Origin: Anaerolineae bacterium
GTDB lineage: Bacteria > Chloroflexota > Anaerolineae > Anaerolineales > UBA4823
DNA length: 64,000 bases
Reading direction: 5' to 3'
Assembly: GCA_003130835.1 (NCBI GenBank)
Contig: QEXX01000081.1
Location: forward strand, 4,467 to 68,466
Numbering within the stretch: the first letter of the stretch is position 1; each line of letters opens with the position of its first letter. Positions 26,984 through 36,465 of the stretch are shown piece by piece. The translations under genes were made by a program, and so were the position numbers. The notes below the pieces were generated by a model. It did not search any database and was not told where the DNA came from. It worked only from the letters and a program-made list of their open reading frames with translations.

Positions 26984-29027
26984 GCGTCTAACGGCTGCCT
27001 TGCAAGCCATCGCCCGCCAGGAAGTGCCAGACACGGTCAACCTTTGGCCACAACTGGCAACGCACCTCGAACAAACGGAGATGAAAACGATGAAACCCAC
27101 CTTGAAGATCATTGCTTTGTTGCTGTTGGTTTTGTTAACGCTTGCGCTGGTGAGCGGCGCAGCTTATGCCCTCTATCAGTACTTGCGCGGCGATGCCGGC
27201 CTAGAAGCGGTCAGCCAAGCCGGGTTGGTGAGCGAACCGAATATCACGGCTCTGCCCACGCCTCTCCCCACACCCACCCCCTTGCCGCCCGCCGCGCGGT
27301 TGGGGCAAGCCCAAACCCTGCAGCAGGTCACCCTCAGCCTCGATTGGGTGTATCTGGACGATGGGTGGCAGGCAATCGGGTTTTCGGTGCAGGGCTTGAA
27401 AGCATACCAAAGGTTAGGCATGCCTCAACTCGATTTTGGCGAGCTTCAACCCGAACAATACCGCGGCGCGGGCATGGCGCTTTTGCCAAGCGAGACGGGG
27501 TTGCAAGGCCGCTATGTTGTCTATCAAATCCTGCGCCATCCAGAAACCTACCCGGCCGCCGACACCTTCGTTGACCTCAACCTCACGATTCCCTTACTCG
27601 ATGGGAACGGCAATCTTCTGGACACCTTCCGCTTTACCGCCCCACATCTGCCGCTGCACCAAACTCCGTTTGGTGGCGCAAACACCTATGCCGTGCGGTT
27701 GAGCGGCTTGGAGATGCGCCTCGAGTGGGTGGTAGCAACCCCGCAAGAGACGCGCCTCAAGCTCTGCTATCAACAACCTCGCCCTCCCCACCTGAAGCTA
27801 AAACCGATTGTCAAAGCGCAAGCAGGGCAGGGGCAAGAAAGCGCAGCGGTCTTGGATGGCCCGGCTGTGCCAGCGCAACAGGTGATCGAAATCGCCGCCC
27901 AAGTTGGTTGGCGCTGTGTAGAGGCGGTCTTTCCCCCTCTCCCTGAGCAGGTGTCGGCCGTCATCGTAGTGGCTGACGGGCTCACAGACGCGGAGGGAAA
28001 AGACCTGGCCGCAAGTCCGGAGTTCGTTTGGGCAGAATTGCCGTGGCAGAAAGCCATTGCGGGTATTGATCCCCTTCCTGTGCAGTCCATTGGCGAGGTT
28101 AAAGTGACCCTCTTGCAAGCCTATGTGGACGCTTTGCGCGCTGCCCTGGTTTACCGCATCGAAGGATTGACCTCCGAGCCGTTTATCGATGTCCAACTGA
28201 CCGATCTAGAAGGGAAACCCTTCTTCGCCTCCAGCGGCGGCTTTAGCACCTATGAAAACGATCCGAGCATCTATATCGCCACCTTAACGTTTGCCAAACC
28301 ATCTGGGCGCAAAGCCGACAGCGATTTCTTCTCGCAACGCGAGCCAATTTTGAACGGACGCTTCGTCGGCAAAGTGACGTTGCTCCTCAACCCATGGGAT
28401 GCGCAAGGAGGGCAGGAGTTCACCTTCGATCTGGATGTACCGGCTTTCCCGGCTGTGACCCTCACCCCTGCCCAAAGCGTCCTTTCTCAAGGTTTGGAGA
28501 TGCGTTTAGAACGCTTGGCGATCAGCCCCTCTTACACCAAAGCCTACCTATGTTATCAGAAACCCAGTCAGGCGGATTGGATGCTCTCCGATCAGACCAG
28601 CTTACAGATCGGGCAAGCCCAAGCTGGGCTGAACGAGTTTGCCTTGGTGTATGATGAGGATTTCGGGATGCAAGCCCGTCCCGAATGGGCGAGTTTGTCT
28701 GGCAGGGTGCGTTGTGTTGAAGCTGGCTTTGCCGTCGGCCATCACAGCCAGCCCGAAACCCTGCTCCTGACGGTCAATGAATTGTCTCAAAGTGTCCCGG
28801 AAGTCATCCCCGACGATCAATTGCAAGCTGCCAAAGAGAAACTGCGTCAGCAAGGGATTGAAATCGAATGGATGACTTTTAGCGAAAACGGGGGCGGCGG
28901 TGCAGCCCCGCAGATCAAACAAAAACCCGACCATCTGACGGATATGGACGTGATGCGGCTGTTCTACGAAGCGCTTGGCTATACCTTTAAGGGCAATTGG
29001 GCATTTCAGGTGCAGATTCAACCCTGA
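26970..29027 (+). CDS. putative anti-sigma factor, membrane-anchored, large extracytoplasmic region (DUF4179-like)
   Basis: overlaps the ECF gene 3' end; short N-terminal segment, one hydrophobic helix, then repeated beta-rich modules (VTLSLDWVYLD, LEMRLEWV, VKVTLLQAYVD, LEMRLERL). Confidence 0.65.
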   Translation: MKPDERLTAALQAIARQEVPDTVNLWPQLATHLEQTEMKTMKPTLKIIALLLLVLLTLALVSGAAYALYQYLRGDAGLEAVSQAGLVSEPNITALPTPLPTPTPLPPAARLGQAQTLQQVTLSLDWVYLDDGWQAIGFSVQGLKAYQRLGMPQLDFGELQPEQYRGAGMALLPSETGLQGRYVVYQILRHPETYPAADTFVDLNLTIPLLDGNGNLLDTFRFTAPHLPLHQTPFGGANTYAVRLSGLEMRLEWVVATPQETRLKLCYQQPRPPHLKLKPIVKAQAGQGQESAAVLDGPAVPAQQVIEIAAQVGWRCVEAVFPPLPEQVSAVIVVADGLTDAEGKDLAASPEFVWAELPWQKAIAGIDPLPVQSIGEVKVTLLQAYVDALRAALVYRIEGLTSEPFIDVQLTDLEGKPFFASSGGFSTYENDPSIYIATLTFAKPSGRKADSDFFSQREPILNGRFVGKVTLLLNPWDAQGGQEFTFDLDVPAFPAVTLTPAQSVLSQGLEMRLERLAISPSYTKAYLCYQKPSQADWMLSDQTSLQIGQAQAGLNEFALVYDEDFGMQARPEWASLSGRVRCVEAGFAVGHHSQPETLLLTVNELSQSVPEVIPDDQLQAAKEKLRQQGIEIEWMTFSENGGGGAAPQIKQKPDHLTDMDVMRLFYEALGYTFKGNWAFQVQIQP

Positions 29028-29161
29028 GCGGCTGTTCACAAGAACCGGGCATCGGTTGTGGCGAAGCGGTGGGGTTGTCAAAATCCCCTAGGGAGGAAGC
29101 ATTTTCTGCCAAGCCTGCGATTGGGCTTGAGAGTCTCTTTCGATTAGAGGGGGACATTCTT

Positions 29162-29286
29162 GACTCTACTGAAAAAAGCCTGTTCACCACGAAGACACAA
29201 AGGCGCTAAGACAATATAAAAACGAAAACTTCGTGGCTTTGTGTCTTTGTGACTTTGTGGTTCCATACCCTTTTTACAGTGGACTC
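29162..29286. mobile_element. MITE-like element, 125 bp
   Basis: imperfect 17-bp inverted ends (GACTCTACTGAAAAAAG / CTTTTTACAGTGGACTC, 14/17), flanked on both sides by ATTCTT; internal CACCACGAAGACACAAAG...CTTTGTGTCTTTGTG palindrome. Confidence 0.6.
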
Positions 29287-29337
29287 ATTCTTCTTTTCTT
29301 ATCTTAGAGAGATGATTTGTCCGCTGGTGTTTTACGC

Positions 29338-29640
29338 AGGTCGAGTAGGGCGTCAGCCCGTACCGAGACCCAACCCAACGGGTTTCAGTACGCTGCGCTA
29401 GTCAACCTGTCCCTCACCCCCAACCCCTCTCCCACGAGGGGCGAGGGGAGTGCGGCGGGTCGAGTAGGGCGTCAGCCCGTACCGAGACCCAACCCAACGG
29501 GTTTCGGTACGCAACCTGTCCCCTCACCCCCAACCCCTCTCCCTCGAGGGGCGAGGGGAGTGCGGCGGGTCGAGTAGGGCGTCAGCCCGTACCGAGACCC
29601 AACCCAACGGGTTTCAGTACGCTGCGCTACTCAACCCGCA
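29338..29640. repeat. composite REP/BIME-like cluster, three units
   Basis: 33-bp core at 29338, 29457 and 29567, each followed by CAACCCAACGGGTTTC; alternates with CCCTCACCCCCAACCCCTCTCCC...GGGGCGAGGGGAG; lies between convergent genes. Confidence 0.92.
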
Positions 29641-29755
29641 AGGTAACGCCGCAGGGCGGACGAGGGGTTGGGCACCTTCCTAAGGGAAGCCCTGTGCTTA
29701 TCAAAGTGCCAGACGCAAGCTGAAGGCCGTTCCTCAAACGCATCCGTATCCCGCC

Positions 29756-31168
29756 TCAAGCCCCGTCTGAGCTTATCGACTGGTTATCTTGCGTTTCGAC
29801 CTTTGCCAACAAGGCTTTGGCTTGTGCCAACTGGCGTTGGACGGCTTCGGGAGCGGTGCCCCCTTCGGCGCGGCGGCGGCTGACACTGCGCAGCGGATCG
29901 AAGACCGCATAGAGGTCTGCTTCAAAGCGCGGACTGACGGACTGATAGACTTCCAGCGGTAGCCGATCGATCGGAACCCCTCGTTCTTCCGCCAGCCGCA
30001 CCACCTTACCGACCAACTCATGCGCCAAGCGGAAAGGCAGCCCTTTTTCTACCAAATAATCGGCTAAATCGGTGGCATACAGAGCCGCATCCAGGGCAGC
30101 GGCTAAGCGCGGTGGGTTGACCTGCAAGGTGGCAAGCGCGCCGCTCAGGGCTGGCAATAACTCCATCAGCGTATCGTAAGCGGCAAACACCGGCGGCTTG
30201 TCTTCCTGTAGGTCTTTGTCATACGTGGAGGGCAATCCTTTTAGGGTGGTTAGCAAGCCGCCTAGCAGTCCCACCAACTTGCCGGCTTTGGCGCGCCCCA
30301 GCTCGAACAGATCGGGGTTTTTCTTTTGCGGCATCAAACTGGAACCGGTGGAATAGGCATCGGCTAGGGTAAAGAAACCGAACTCGGCGCTGGTAAAGAT
30401 CACCATGCTCTCACACAGGCGCGAGAGATGCAAGCCGATCAGGCTGGCGCAGAAAAGGAACTCGGCGGCAAAATCGCGGTCGGAAACGCCATCCAAGCTG
30501 TTGGCACAAGGGGCTTCAAACCCCAACTCGGCCGCCAGGGCTTGACGGTCAATGGGGAACGGCGCCCCAGCCAAGGCACCGCTGCCCAAAGGTAAGATGG
30601 CGGTGCGTTTACGCAGGTCGTGCAGGCGTTCTCGATCCCGTTGCAAGGGCCAAAAATGAGCCAACCACCAATGGCTGAGTAAAATCGGTTGGGCGCGTTG
30701 TAAATGGGTGTAGCCGGGCAGGACGAGAGCGCCGGCTTGCTCGGCGCGCTGCACCAAAACCGACTGAAATTCTCGCAAGGAGGCCCCAAGTCGAGCAATC
30801 GCTTCTAAAACCCACAACCGGAAATCGGTCGCCACTTGATCGTTGCGGCTGCGCGCGGTATGCAGTTTGCCGGCCGGCTCTCCGATCAGCTCTGCCAGAC
30901 GCCGTTCGACGGCGGTGTGAATATCCTCATCCTTGGGTTGGAATCGGAACGAGCCTTCGCGCAGCTCGGTTAAGATCGTCTCCAGCCCAGCCTGGATTTG
31001 GGCATTCTCTTGCGGCGTGAGCAAGCCACTGTTGCACAGCGCCTTTGCCCACGCCTGACTGCCGCGCACGTCTTGTTCTGCCAGGCGCCGGTCAAACGCA
31101 ATCGAAGCGTTCAACTGCCAGGCAGAATCTTCCAAAGAATCCCGAAAGCGGCCACCCCATAATGTCAT
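29756..31168 (-). CDS. argH: argininosuccinate lyase
   Basis: LWGGRF, EDIHTAVE, RSRNDQVATD, GYTHLQRAQP and STGSSLMPQKKNPD. Confidence 0.97.
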   Translation of the reverse strand: MTLWGGRFRDSLEDSAWQLNASIAFDRRLAEQDVRGSQAWAKALCNSGLLTPQENAQIQAGLETILTELREGSFRFQPKDEDIHTAVERRLAELIGEPAGKLHTARSRNDQVATDFRLWVLEAIARLGASLREFQSVLVQRAEQAGALVLPGYTHLQRAQPILLSHWWLAHFWPLQRDRERLHDLRKRTAILPLGSGALAGAPFPIDRQALAAELGFEAPCANSLDGVSDRDFAAEFLFCASLIGLHLSRLCESMVIFTSAEFGFFTLADAYSTGSSLMPQKKNPDLFELGRAKAGKLVGLLGGLLTTLKGLPSTYDKDLQEDKPPVFAAYDTLMELLPALSGALATLQVNPPRLAAALDAALYATDLADYLVEKGLPFRLAHELVGKVVRLAEERGVPIDRLPLEVYQSVSPRFEADLYAVFDPLRSVSRRRAEGGTAPEAVQRQLAQAKALLAKVETQDNQSISSDGA

Positions 31169-31181
31169 CGCTTGTCCTTTC

Positions 31182-32441
31182 TTAATCTCGCTTGAAGCGC
31201 GAATAGTCCGGTTGGGGCATATCCAAACCGGAAACGGGCAGTCCGTTCAGCGCCCGCACCTTGAGCGGCAAACCAAACAAGCGGATAAAGCCCTGAGCAT
31301 CGGTTTGGTTATAGACATCCTCCTGCCCAAAGGTGGCAAAATCTTCGCGGTATAGGCTGAAGGGACTCTTGCGTCCGGCGACTAAGAGATTGCCCTTATA
31401 CAGCTTCAAGCGCACTTCGCCGCTTACCGGTCCTTGCGTGTTATCCACAAAGGCATCCAGGGCTTCCCGCAGGGGCGAAAACCACTGGCCATTGTACACC
31501 AACTCGGCATATTTCAACGCCACCAGGTCTTTGAAGTGCAAAGTCTCTTTATCCAGCGTGAGCGATTCCAATTCGCGATGGGCAGCCAGCAGGATGGTGC
31601 CGCCCGGCGTTTCATAGACGCCGCGCGATTTCATCCCCACCAAACGGTTCTCAACCAAGTCAACGCGCCCGATGCCGTGTTTGCCGCCCAAGCGGTTTAG
31701 GCGTTCGATTAAGGTGGCTGGCGAGAGCTTTTCTCCGTTCAGTGAAACCGGTGTGCCGCTTTCAAACCCGATTTCGATCGTTTCGGGTTGGTCGGGGGCG
31801 TTTTGGGGCGAAACGCTCAACTGGAACATCTCTTCTTCGGGTTCGTTCCACGGGTCTTCGAGAGGGCCGCCTTCATGCGAGAGGTGCCACAAGTTGCCAT
31901 CGCGGCTGAAGATCGACTTCAACGATGCCTTGATCGGCACGTTGTGCTTTTGAGCGTAGGCAATGGCATCCTCCCGCGAGCGAATATCCCACTCTCGCCA
32001 CGGGGCAATCACCTTCAAGCGCGGGTCCAGCGCCATATAGGTCAGCTCAAAACGCACCTGATCGTTCCCCTTGCCCGTTGCCCCGTGAGCGACGGCATCG
32101 GCGCCGACCTGATGGGCAACCTCAACTTGATGTTTGGCAATCAAGGGCCGGGCTATCGAGGTGCCGAGCAGATATTTGCGCTCATAGACGGCTCCAGCGC
32201 GCAAGAGGCGAAACAGATAGTCGCGGGCAAACTCTTCGCGCAGATCGCGCACGATCAATTGACTGGCGCCGCTCGCCAGCGCCTTTGCCTCTAAACCTTC
32301 CAACTCCTCAACCTGGCCGACATCGGCAGTGAAGCAAACCACTTCACAGCCATAGTTTTCCTTGAGCCAGGGGACGATGACGGAAGTATCCAGGCCGCCC
32401 GAATAGGCGAGAACAACTTTTTGAACGGTGGGTTTGATCAT
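31182..32441 (-). CDS. argG: argininosuccinate synthase
   Basis: [36 protein letters not shown] and [13 protein letters not shown]; RBS GGAG before ATG 32441. Confidence 0.97.
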   Translation of the reverse strand: MIKPTVQKVVLAYSGGLDTSVIVPWLKENYGCEVVCFTADVGQVEELEGLEAKALASGASQLIVRDLREEFARDYLFRLLRAGAVYERKYLLGTSIARPLIAKHQVEVAHQVGADAVAHGATGKGNDQVRFELTYMALDPRLKVIAPWREWDIRSREDAIAYAQKHNVPIKASLKSIFSRDGNLWHLSHEGGPLEDPWNEPEEEMFQLSVSPQNAPDQPETIEIGFESGTPVSLNGEKLSPATLIERLNRLGGKHGIGRVDLVENRLVGMKSRGVYETPGGTILLAAHRELESLTLDKETLHFKDLVALKYAELVYNGQWFSPLREALDAFVDNTQGPVSGEVRLKLYKGNLLVAGRKSPFSLYREDFATFGQEDVYNQTDAQGFIRLFGLPLKVRALNGLPVSGLDMPQPDYSRFKRD

Positions 32442-32669
32442 ATCCTGCTCCTTATGCGAGAAGTTAATAACAAAACGAGCCCTTTGGGAAGGAGGGCTCG
32501 TTCTTATCAAAAATTGAGCGATTTTATCGCCTGCTCTTATCAACCCACGCAGACATCCCTTCCTTCCCTGGGCAGGGTCGGAAGCGACGACGCATGCGGG
32601 TAGCAAGAACAAAGCCGGTTTTCATTGGCACGCAGTTTACCATAGGATGCGCTGTTCGTCAAATGGGAG

Positions 32670-33488
32670 TTAGCCTAAGAAAAACCATCCCATTGCCCCT
32701 GCCACCACTCCTCCCAGAACCGTGCAGGCAAAGTTGACCCAGTCGTTATTCAACCAAGTTAGTCCGCGCTGGAAAACGGTGGCTTCTCCACAGGAATGGA
32801 AGGGATGGCGTTCGGTCTCTTTTTGGCAGCGCGGACAGAAATACACGGCTTGCAAACTCGCCCCCAAGATCGAATCCAGCAGGCTGCCCAGCAATCCACC
32901 CAAGCTGACGGCAACCAGTGCCCAGCCTGCCTGCTCGACAAAGAACGCAGCCACTCCGCCGATCAGCAAAGCCCCCAGCAACGAAGCCAAAAGCCCCCAT
33001 CCAGTCACCCCTCCCGATGCCCCGCGCGGCACGATCTTGCCGTTGGTGAGCAAGCGCGGCGGTTGGGGAGAGAGCACACCTAGTTCGGTCGCCCACGTAT
33101 CGGCATTGGCGGCTGCCAAACTGCCACAAAACGCCAGAAACGGCAAGGACCAAGGCGGGGAGAGCAGCCCTGCGAGCAGGCAGAGAGCGCCAAATCCTCC
33201 ATTGGCAAGCACTTGAGCAGCATCGCGTTGCGAACCCTTGAGGACGATACTGGTCAAACTCTCTTTGCGTTGCGCAAATGCCCGTGAGAGCAAGCTGGAA
33301 GTGACAAAAAAAGTCAACAAAACCGCCGCCGCCCCCCAACCACCCACGCCAAAGACAATCCCGCCCATCACAAAGGCCGCCACGGCGCCGCTGAGTGAGA
33401 GCGTTTTTGCCCGCCAGGCTGCCCATGCAACCAGAAAACTGAGCAAAAAAGCCTCTCCAAGCCGAGCGAGAGAAAATTCATTCCACAT
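32670..33488 (-). CDS. DUF92 family membrane protein
   Basis: RDAAQVLANGG, ADTWATELG, SGGVT, DSILGASLQ and LNNDWVN. Confidence 0.88.
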   Translation of the reverse strand: MWNEFSLARLGEAFLLSFLVAWAAWRAKTLSLSGAVAAFVMGGIVFGVGGWGAAAVLLTFFVTSSLLSRAFAQRKESLTSIVLKGSQRDAAQVLANGGFGALCLLAGLLSPPWSLPFLAFCGSLAAANADTWATELGVLSPQPPRLLTNGKIVPRGASGGVTGWGLLASLLGALLIGGVAAFFVEQAGWALVAVSLGGLLGSLLDSILGASLQAVYFCPRCQKETERHPFHSCGEATVFQRGLTWLNNDWVNFACTVLGGVVAGAMGWFFLG

Positions 33489-34437
33489 AGGTCAAGAAGG
33501 AGATCGCAAAATAAAAGAAGAACGTGGTCAGCAAACTGCAGCCCCACAGCAGATAGGCATACCACTTACCAAGTGGACTAGAAGCTGGAGAGGCTTGGTC
33601 CTCTGGTGCCGCCAGCGGTGGCAAGCTGCGGCGGTAAAAATAGAGCCCGCCTAAGGCGTCCAGCACATAAAAAAAGCTGTTTGCCAGGGGTAACAGCAGC
33701 AAGAAGGCTGGCGGTGCCGGCTCTTCGGCGGCGTAACCCAAATAGACTTCATCCAGATTTGGCACCATTAGGCTCACCCAAGTCAGTAAAGCCAGACTGC
33801 CGATCAAACCCAAGCCAAGCAGCAGACGCGCCGCCCGGTTGCGCCAGACCTCGCCAAGGAAGAAGATGGGGTTTTGGGAACGCCGCTGCCAGGGGGAGAT
33901 GGCACCGAATTCCAGCAACCGCTGAGCGAGGTATATAAAATCATCCAACTTGGCAGGGGAGAGAATGAACACGCGCTCATCGGTTGCCACCAAGACCATC
34001 TTCGAGAAATCGGATGCCAAGTAGTCTAACTTCGTCCCATCTGCCAACTGCCGAGTGCCCAAGATGGCACCCGGCAAGGCTGCTAGCGGCAAGGGCAAAC
34101 GCCGCCCTAATTGACGGCGGACGTCTGCCTCAGAGCGCACCCAGCGCACACTGCTCATGGGAATCTCTTCCACCCGCAAGCCCCAGCGAATGCGCAGGCC
34201 GTTGCGCTCCAGCAGATAAACCGCCCCGCGTAGGGCAAACCAGCGATAGACCGCCCAGGACACAAAGACCGCCGCCACGCAGGCAGCCACCAGATAGAAG
34301 ATGAATTCCAGTCCGATCGGCGTGCGAAACATCCAAATCAGGCTGAGGATGCTGGCAGAGCCAAAGATGACGGCTAAAGCAGCTTGAAAGAGCAGCCCTT
34401 GACGGCGCGGGGGGGCAAAGGCATATTTCTCATCCAC
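33478..34437 (-). CDS. membrane protein with bacterial PH-like domain
   Basis: two N-terminal TM segments, then LRIRWGLRVEEIP...FILSP, then further TM segments. Confidence 0.6.
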   Translation of the reverse strand: MDEKYAFAPPRRQGLLFQAALAVIFGSASILSLIWMFRTPIGLEFIFYLVAACVAAVFVSWAVYRWFALRGAVYLLERNGLRIRWGLRVEEIPMSSVRWVRSEADVRRQLGRRLPLPLAALPGAILGTRQLADGTKLDYLASDFSKMVLVATDERVFILSPAKLDDFIYLAQRLLEFGAISPWQRRSQNPIFFLGEVWRNRAARLLLGLGLIGSLALLTWVSLMVPNLDEVYLGYAAEEPAPPAFLLLLPLANSFFYVLDALGGLYFYRRSLPPLAAPEDQASPASSPLGKWYAYLLWGCSLLTTFFFYFAISFLTYVE

Positions 34438-34473
34438 AGCGCGTATCTTATCATAAAAGCCATTGAAATCTAG

Positions 34474-34502
34474 TTGACAAGGAGAAAAATCTTGGCTATT
34501 CT
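34474..34502 (+). promoter_or_regulatory. sigma-70 promoter
   Basis: TTGACA (34474-34479), 17-nt spacer, TATTCT (34497-34502); no credible ORF follows on this strand. Confidence 0.65.
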
Positions 34503-34508
34503 ACGAAT

Positions 34509-34791
34509 ATAGGGTGTTTGTCCGATAGAAAGGAGGATAGCCACGCAATCGATCTCTTAATGATGAATTGAACAATCAACGGTCTTGTAAGGCGTCCCTG
34601 TCCTCGAAGCCCGTGATCCGGTCTTGGGATCGACTCTCCGTGAAGGCAAGTTGGCTTTTTCGGTGATGTCGGGGACAAACAAAGGCTTCGGGACGCGTTG
34701 CTCGATGACCAATATCTGGCTTTGGGAACTGAAGTAAACGTGGCACAAGCCAAAAGCAAAACCCTCTCCATTCGGGAGAGGGTTTTGCTTT
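34509..34791 (+). ncRNA. candidate structured ncRNA (6S-RNA-like rod)
   Basis: ORF-less interval between a consensus promoter and a terminator; nested pairings GCCACG/CGTGGC, GGTC/GACC, GCGTCCC/GGGACGC and GAAGCC/GGCTTC. Confidence 0.45.
34753..34791. terminator. bidirectional rho-independent terminator
   Basis: 17-bp perfect inverted repeat AAAGCAAAACCCTCTCC/GGAGAGGGTTTTGCTTT with T-rich tails on both strands; 11 bp from the SIMPL gene stop. Confidence 0.85.
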
Positions 34792-34801
34792 ACCTGCGGA
34801 A

Positions 34802-35542
34802 TTACTTCAAGGCATAGGTGATGCTGACATCCACCTGCAACACGGTCTGGCCAGGGGCAATCGGTACGGCTGCTTGCATCGCAACGCCAGCGCCGCCTCG
34901 ACCATCGTAGATTGGATAAGGGGTAGAAGCATAGGTGGAGATATTCGTAATCTCGCCGAGGGTTACGCCGGCTGCTTTGGCAAGTTCTGCGGCTTGCTTT
35001 TGGGCATCTGCCACAGCCGCTTGCCGCGCTTCGGCAAGGGCAGCGGTCTTGTCTTCGACATCAAAGCTGATGCCGCTGATGGAGTTGGCGCCGGCGTTTA
35101 CCACGGCATCCAGCAAATCCCCAATCTTGGTCAGATCGCGCAGGGCGACATAGACGGTGTTGTCCACCACATAAATCACGCCGGTCACCTTCCCTTGTGG
35201 GTCGAACTGCTGCTGCGGAAAGATGCTGAAATTGGTGGTTTGGATGTCTTTGTCAGCGATGTTGAATTTCTTCAGCGCTTCGGTGACCTTCTGCGAGCGA
35301 GCCGTGTTCTCCGCCACCGCTTTACTGGCTTCGGCGTTCTCGGTGTGGACGCCAATGTAGATGTAAGCAATATCTGGAACGAGGTAGGATTTTCCTGTGC
35401 CGGTGACCGATAGCGTGCGCGGTTGGGTTTCACTGCCCGAGGCCGAGGGGGTTTGGGCATAGGCTTGCCCACCAGCACAGGCTGAAAGCAACCAAGCACC
35501 ACTCAACAAGACAAGCAGGGTCAAAAGGGATAACTTACGCAT
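34802..35542 (-). CDS. SIMPL domain (DUF541) exported protein / lipoprotein
   Basis: LLSAC lipobox; LSVTGTG...PDIAYI.IGV, DIQTTNFSIFP and ARQAAVADAQKQAAELAKAAGV. Confidence 0.92.
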   Translation of the reverse strand: MRKLSLLTLLVLLSGAWLLSACAGGQAYAQTPSASGSETQPRTLSVTGTGKSYLVPDIAYIYIGVHTENAEASKAVAENTARSQKVTEALKKFNIADKDIQTTNFSIFPQQQFDPQGKVTGVIYVVDNTVYVALRDLTKIGDLLDAVVNAGANSISGISFDVEDKTAALAEARQAAVADAQKQAAELAKAAGVTLGEITNISTYASTPYPIYDGRGGAGVAMQAAVPIAPGQTVLQVDVSITYALK

Positions 35543-35778
35543 AGAACTTCTCCTGAAATGAATAGATTTTGTCGTTTGTAGTTCTTAGACGACAGAGAGC
35601 AAGGTTTTGTTCCTGCTTAAGGCGATCAAGCTTTCTGCAAACCAAGGCTTTTTGTTGCGCTCTTCGTGGTATCTTCGTGCGAGCCCAAGAGTCAAACCCA
35701 CACCAAGTCCTCAGGGCACAAGGGTTTTCGGACGATTCTCTTGGTGTAAATCAGGGTTCGCCTGGCTGTCTTTAAGCT

Positions 35779-36465
35779 CTAGCGCGCTTCCAGAAAAGCC
35801 TGCAGGCGTTGATAGAGCGCTTCACTGAGTCTGGTTCCTTTTTGGGGGATGACACGCTTCAGGTGCTCAGCCTTGACGACCGGAATCGGCGTTTCCTCCA
35901 CTTCCAGCACACAGCGCGGGTGGGTAAAGACGACCACCGCGCTGAGTGGGATCGCCTCTCCACCCTCGATTTTCTGGCTAAACTCACGCCGCAGGTATGC
36001 CTGGGAGGAAAGGGCGGCTTTGATCGGGTCTCCCAAATGCTCCTCAACGATATAGCGCAGGGCGCGGCCCAAGCGCATCAATTCCTTCCAGCGCCCGTTT
36101 TTGTAAAGAAAACGCCCCTCTAAATTGACTGTTTCCAATACGGTCACCCCAAAGGGCGTGAGGAGGAGATGATCGGCAGCCTTATGGGCGTAATGATAAA
36201 GGCGATAGCTGTTGCTCAGGCTTTTTAATTCGCTATCCAGAACCGCCTCGGGGCGTGGTTTGCGCACCCAGCGATTGGCAAAATAAATGCCGATCATAGC
36301 GGTGAACAGCCCGATCACCATCAAGAGCGAGGCAATCAACTGGCTGCCGGCGATAAAGTATGGCAAAAGGGTAGCCGCCAAGAGGGTGAGCAAGCCGCTC
36401 AGGCTGGCAAGATTGGCAAAGCGGGCGCGCCGCGCCACCTTGCGCGCATCAAGGATCGACTTCAT
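35779..36465 (-). CDS. membrane-anchored NERD-like (nuclease-related domain) protein
   Basis: two TM segments, then RPEAVLDSELKSL...YRLYH...ADHLLLTPFGVTVLETVN; 4-bp overlap with the kinase gene. Confidence 0.6.
   Translation of the reverse strand: MKSILDARKVARRARFANLASLSGLLTLLAATLLPYFIAGSQLIASLLMVIGLFTAMIGIYFANRWVRKPRPEAVLDSELKSLSNSYRLYHYAHKAADHLLLTPFGVTVLETVNLEGRFLYKNGRWKELMRLGRALRYIVEEHLGDPIKAALSSQAYLRREFSQKIEGGEAIPLSAVVVFTHPRCVLEVEETPIPVVKAEHLKRVIPQKGTRLSEALYQRLQAFLEAR

Noticed and set aside
29338-29640. 33-bp repeats at 110-119 bp spacing (and 93-bp spacing at 6473-6691) as a CRISPR array
   Set aside because: The intervening sequences are themselves near-identical repeats rather than unique spacers, they are too long, and no cas genes are present
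32441-32660. ArgR box or attenuator upstream of argG
   Set aside because: No convincing TGAAT-N-ATTCA-type palindrome or leader peptide was visible
34557-34748. 63-aa minus-strand ORF in the ncRNA candidate region
   Set aside because: It begins immediately after a strong terminator with no RBS or promoter, and has no recognisable homology
34560-34817. Reading frame interrupted only by three TGA codons, as a multi-Sec protein
   Set aside because: The SD-like AAAGGAGG is over 20 nt from the ATG, there is no redox-motif context or family resemblance, and the frame runs through the terminator into the opposite gene
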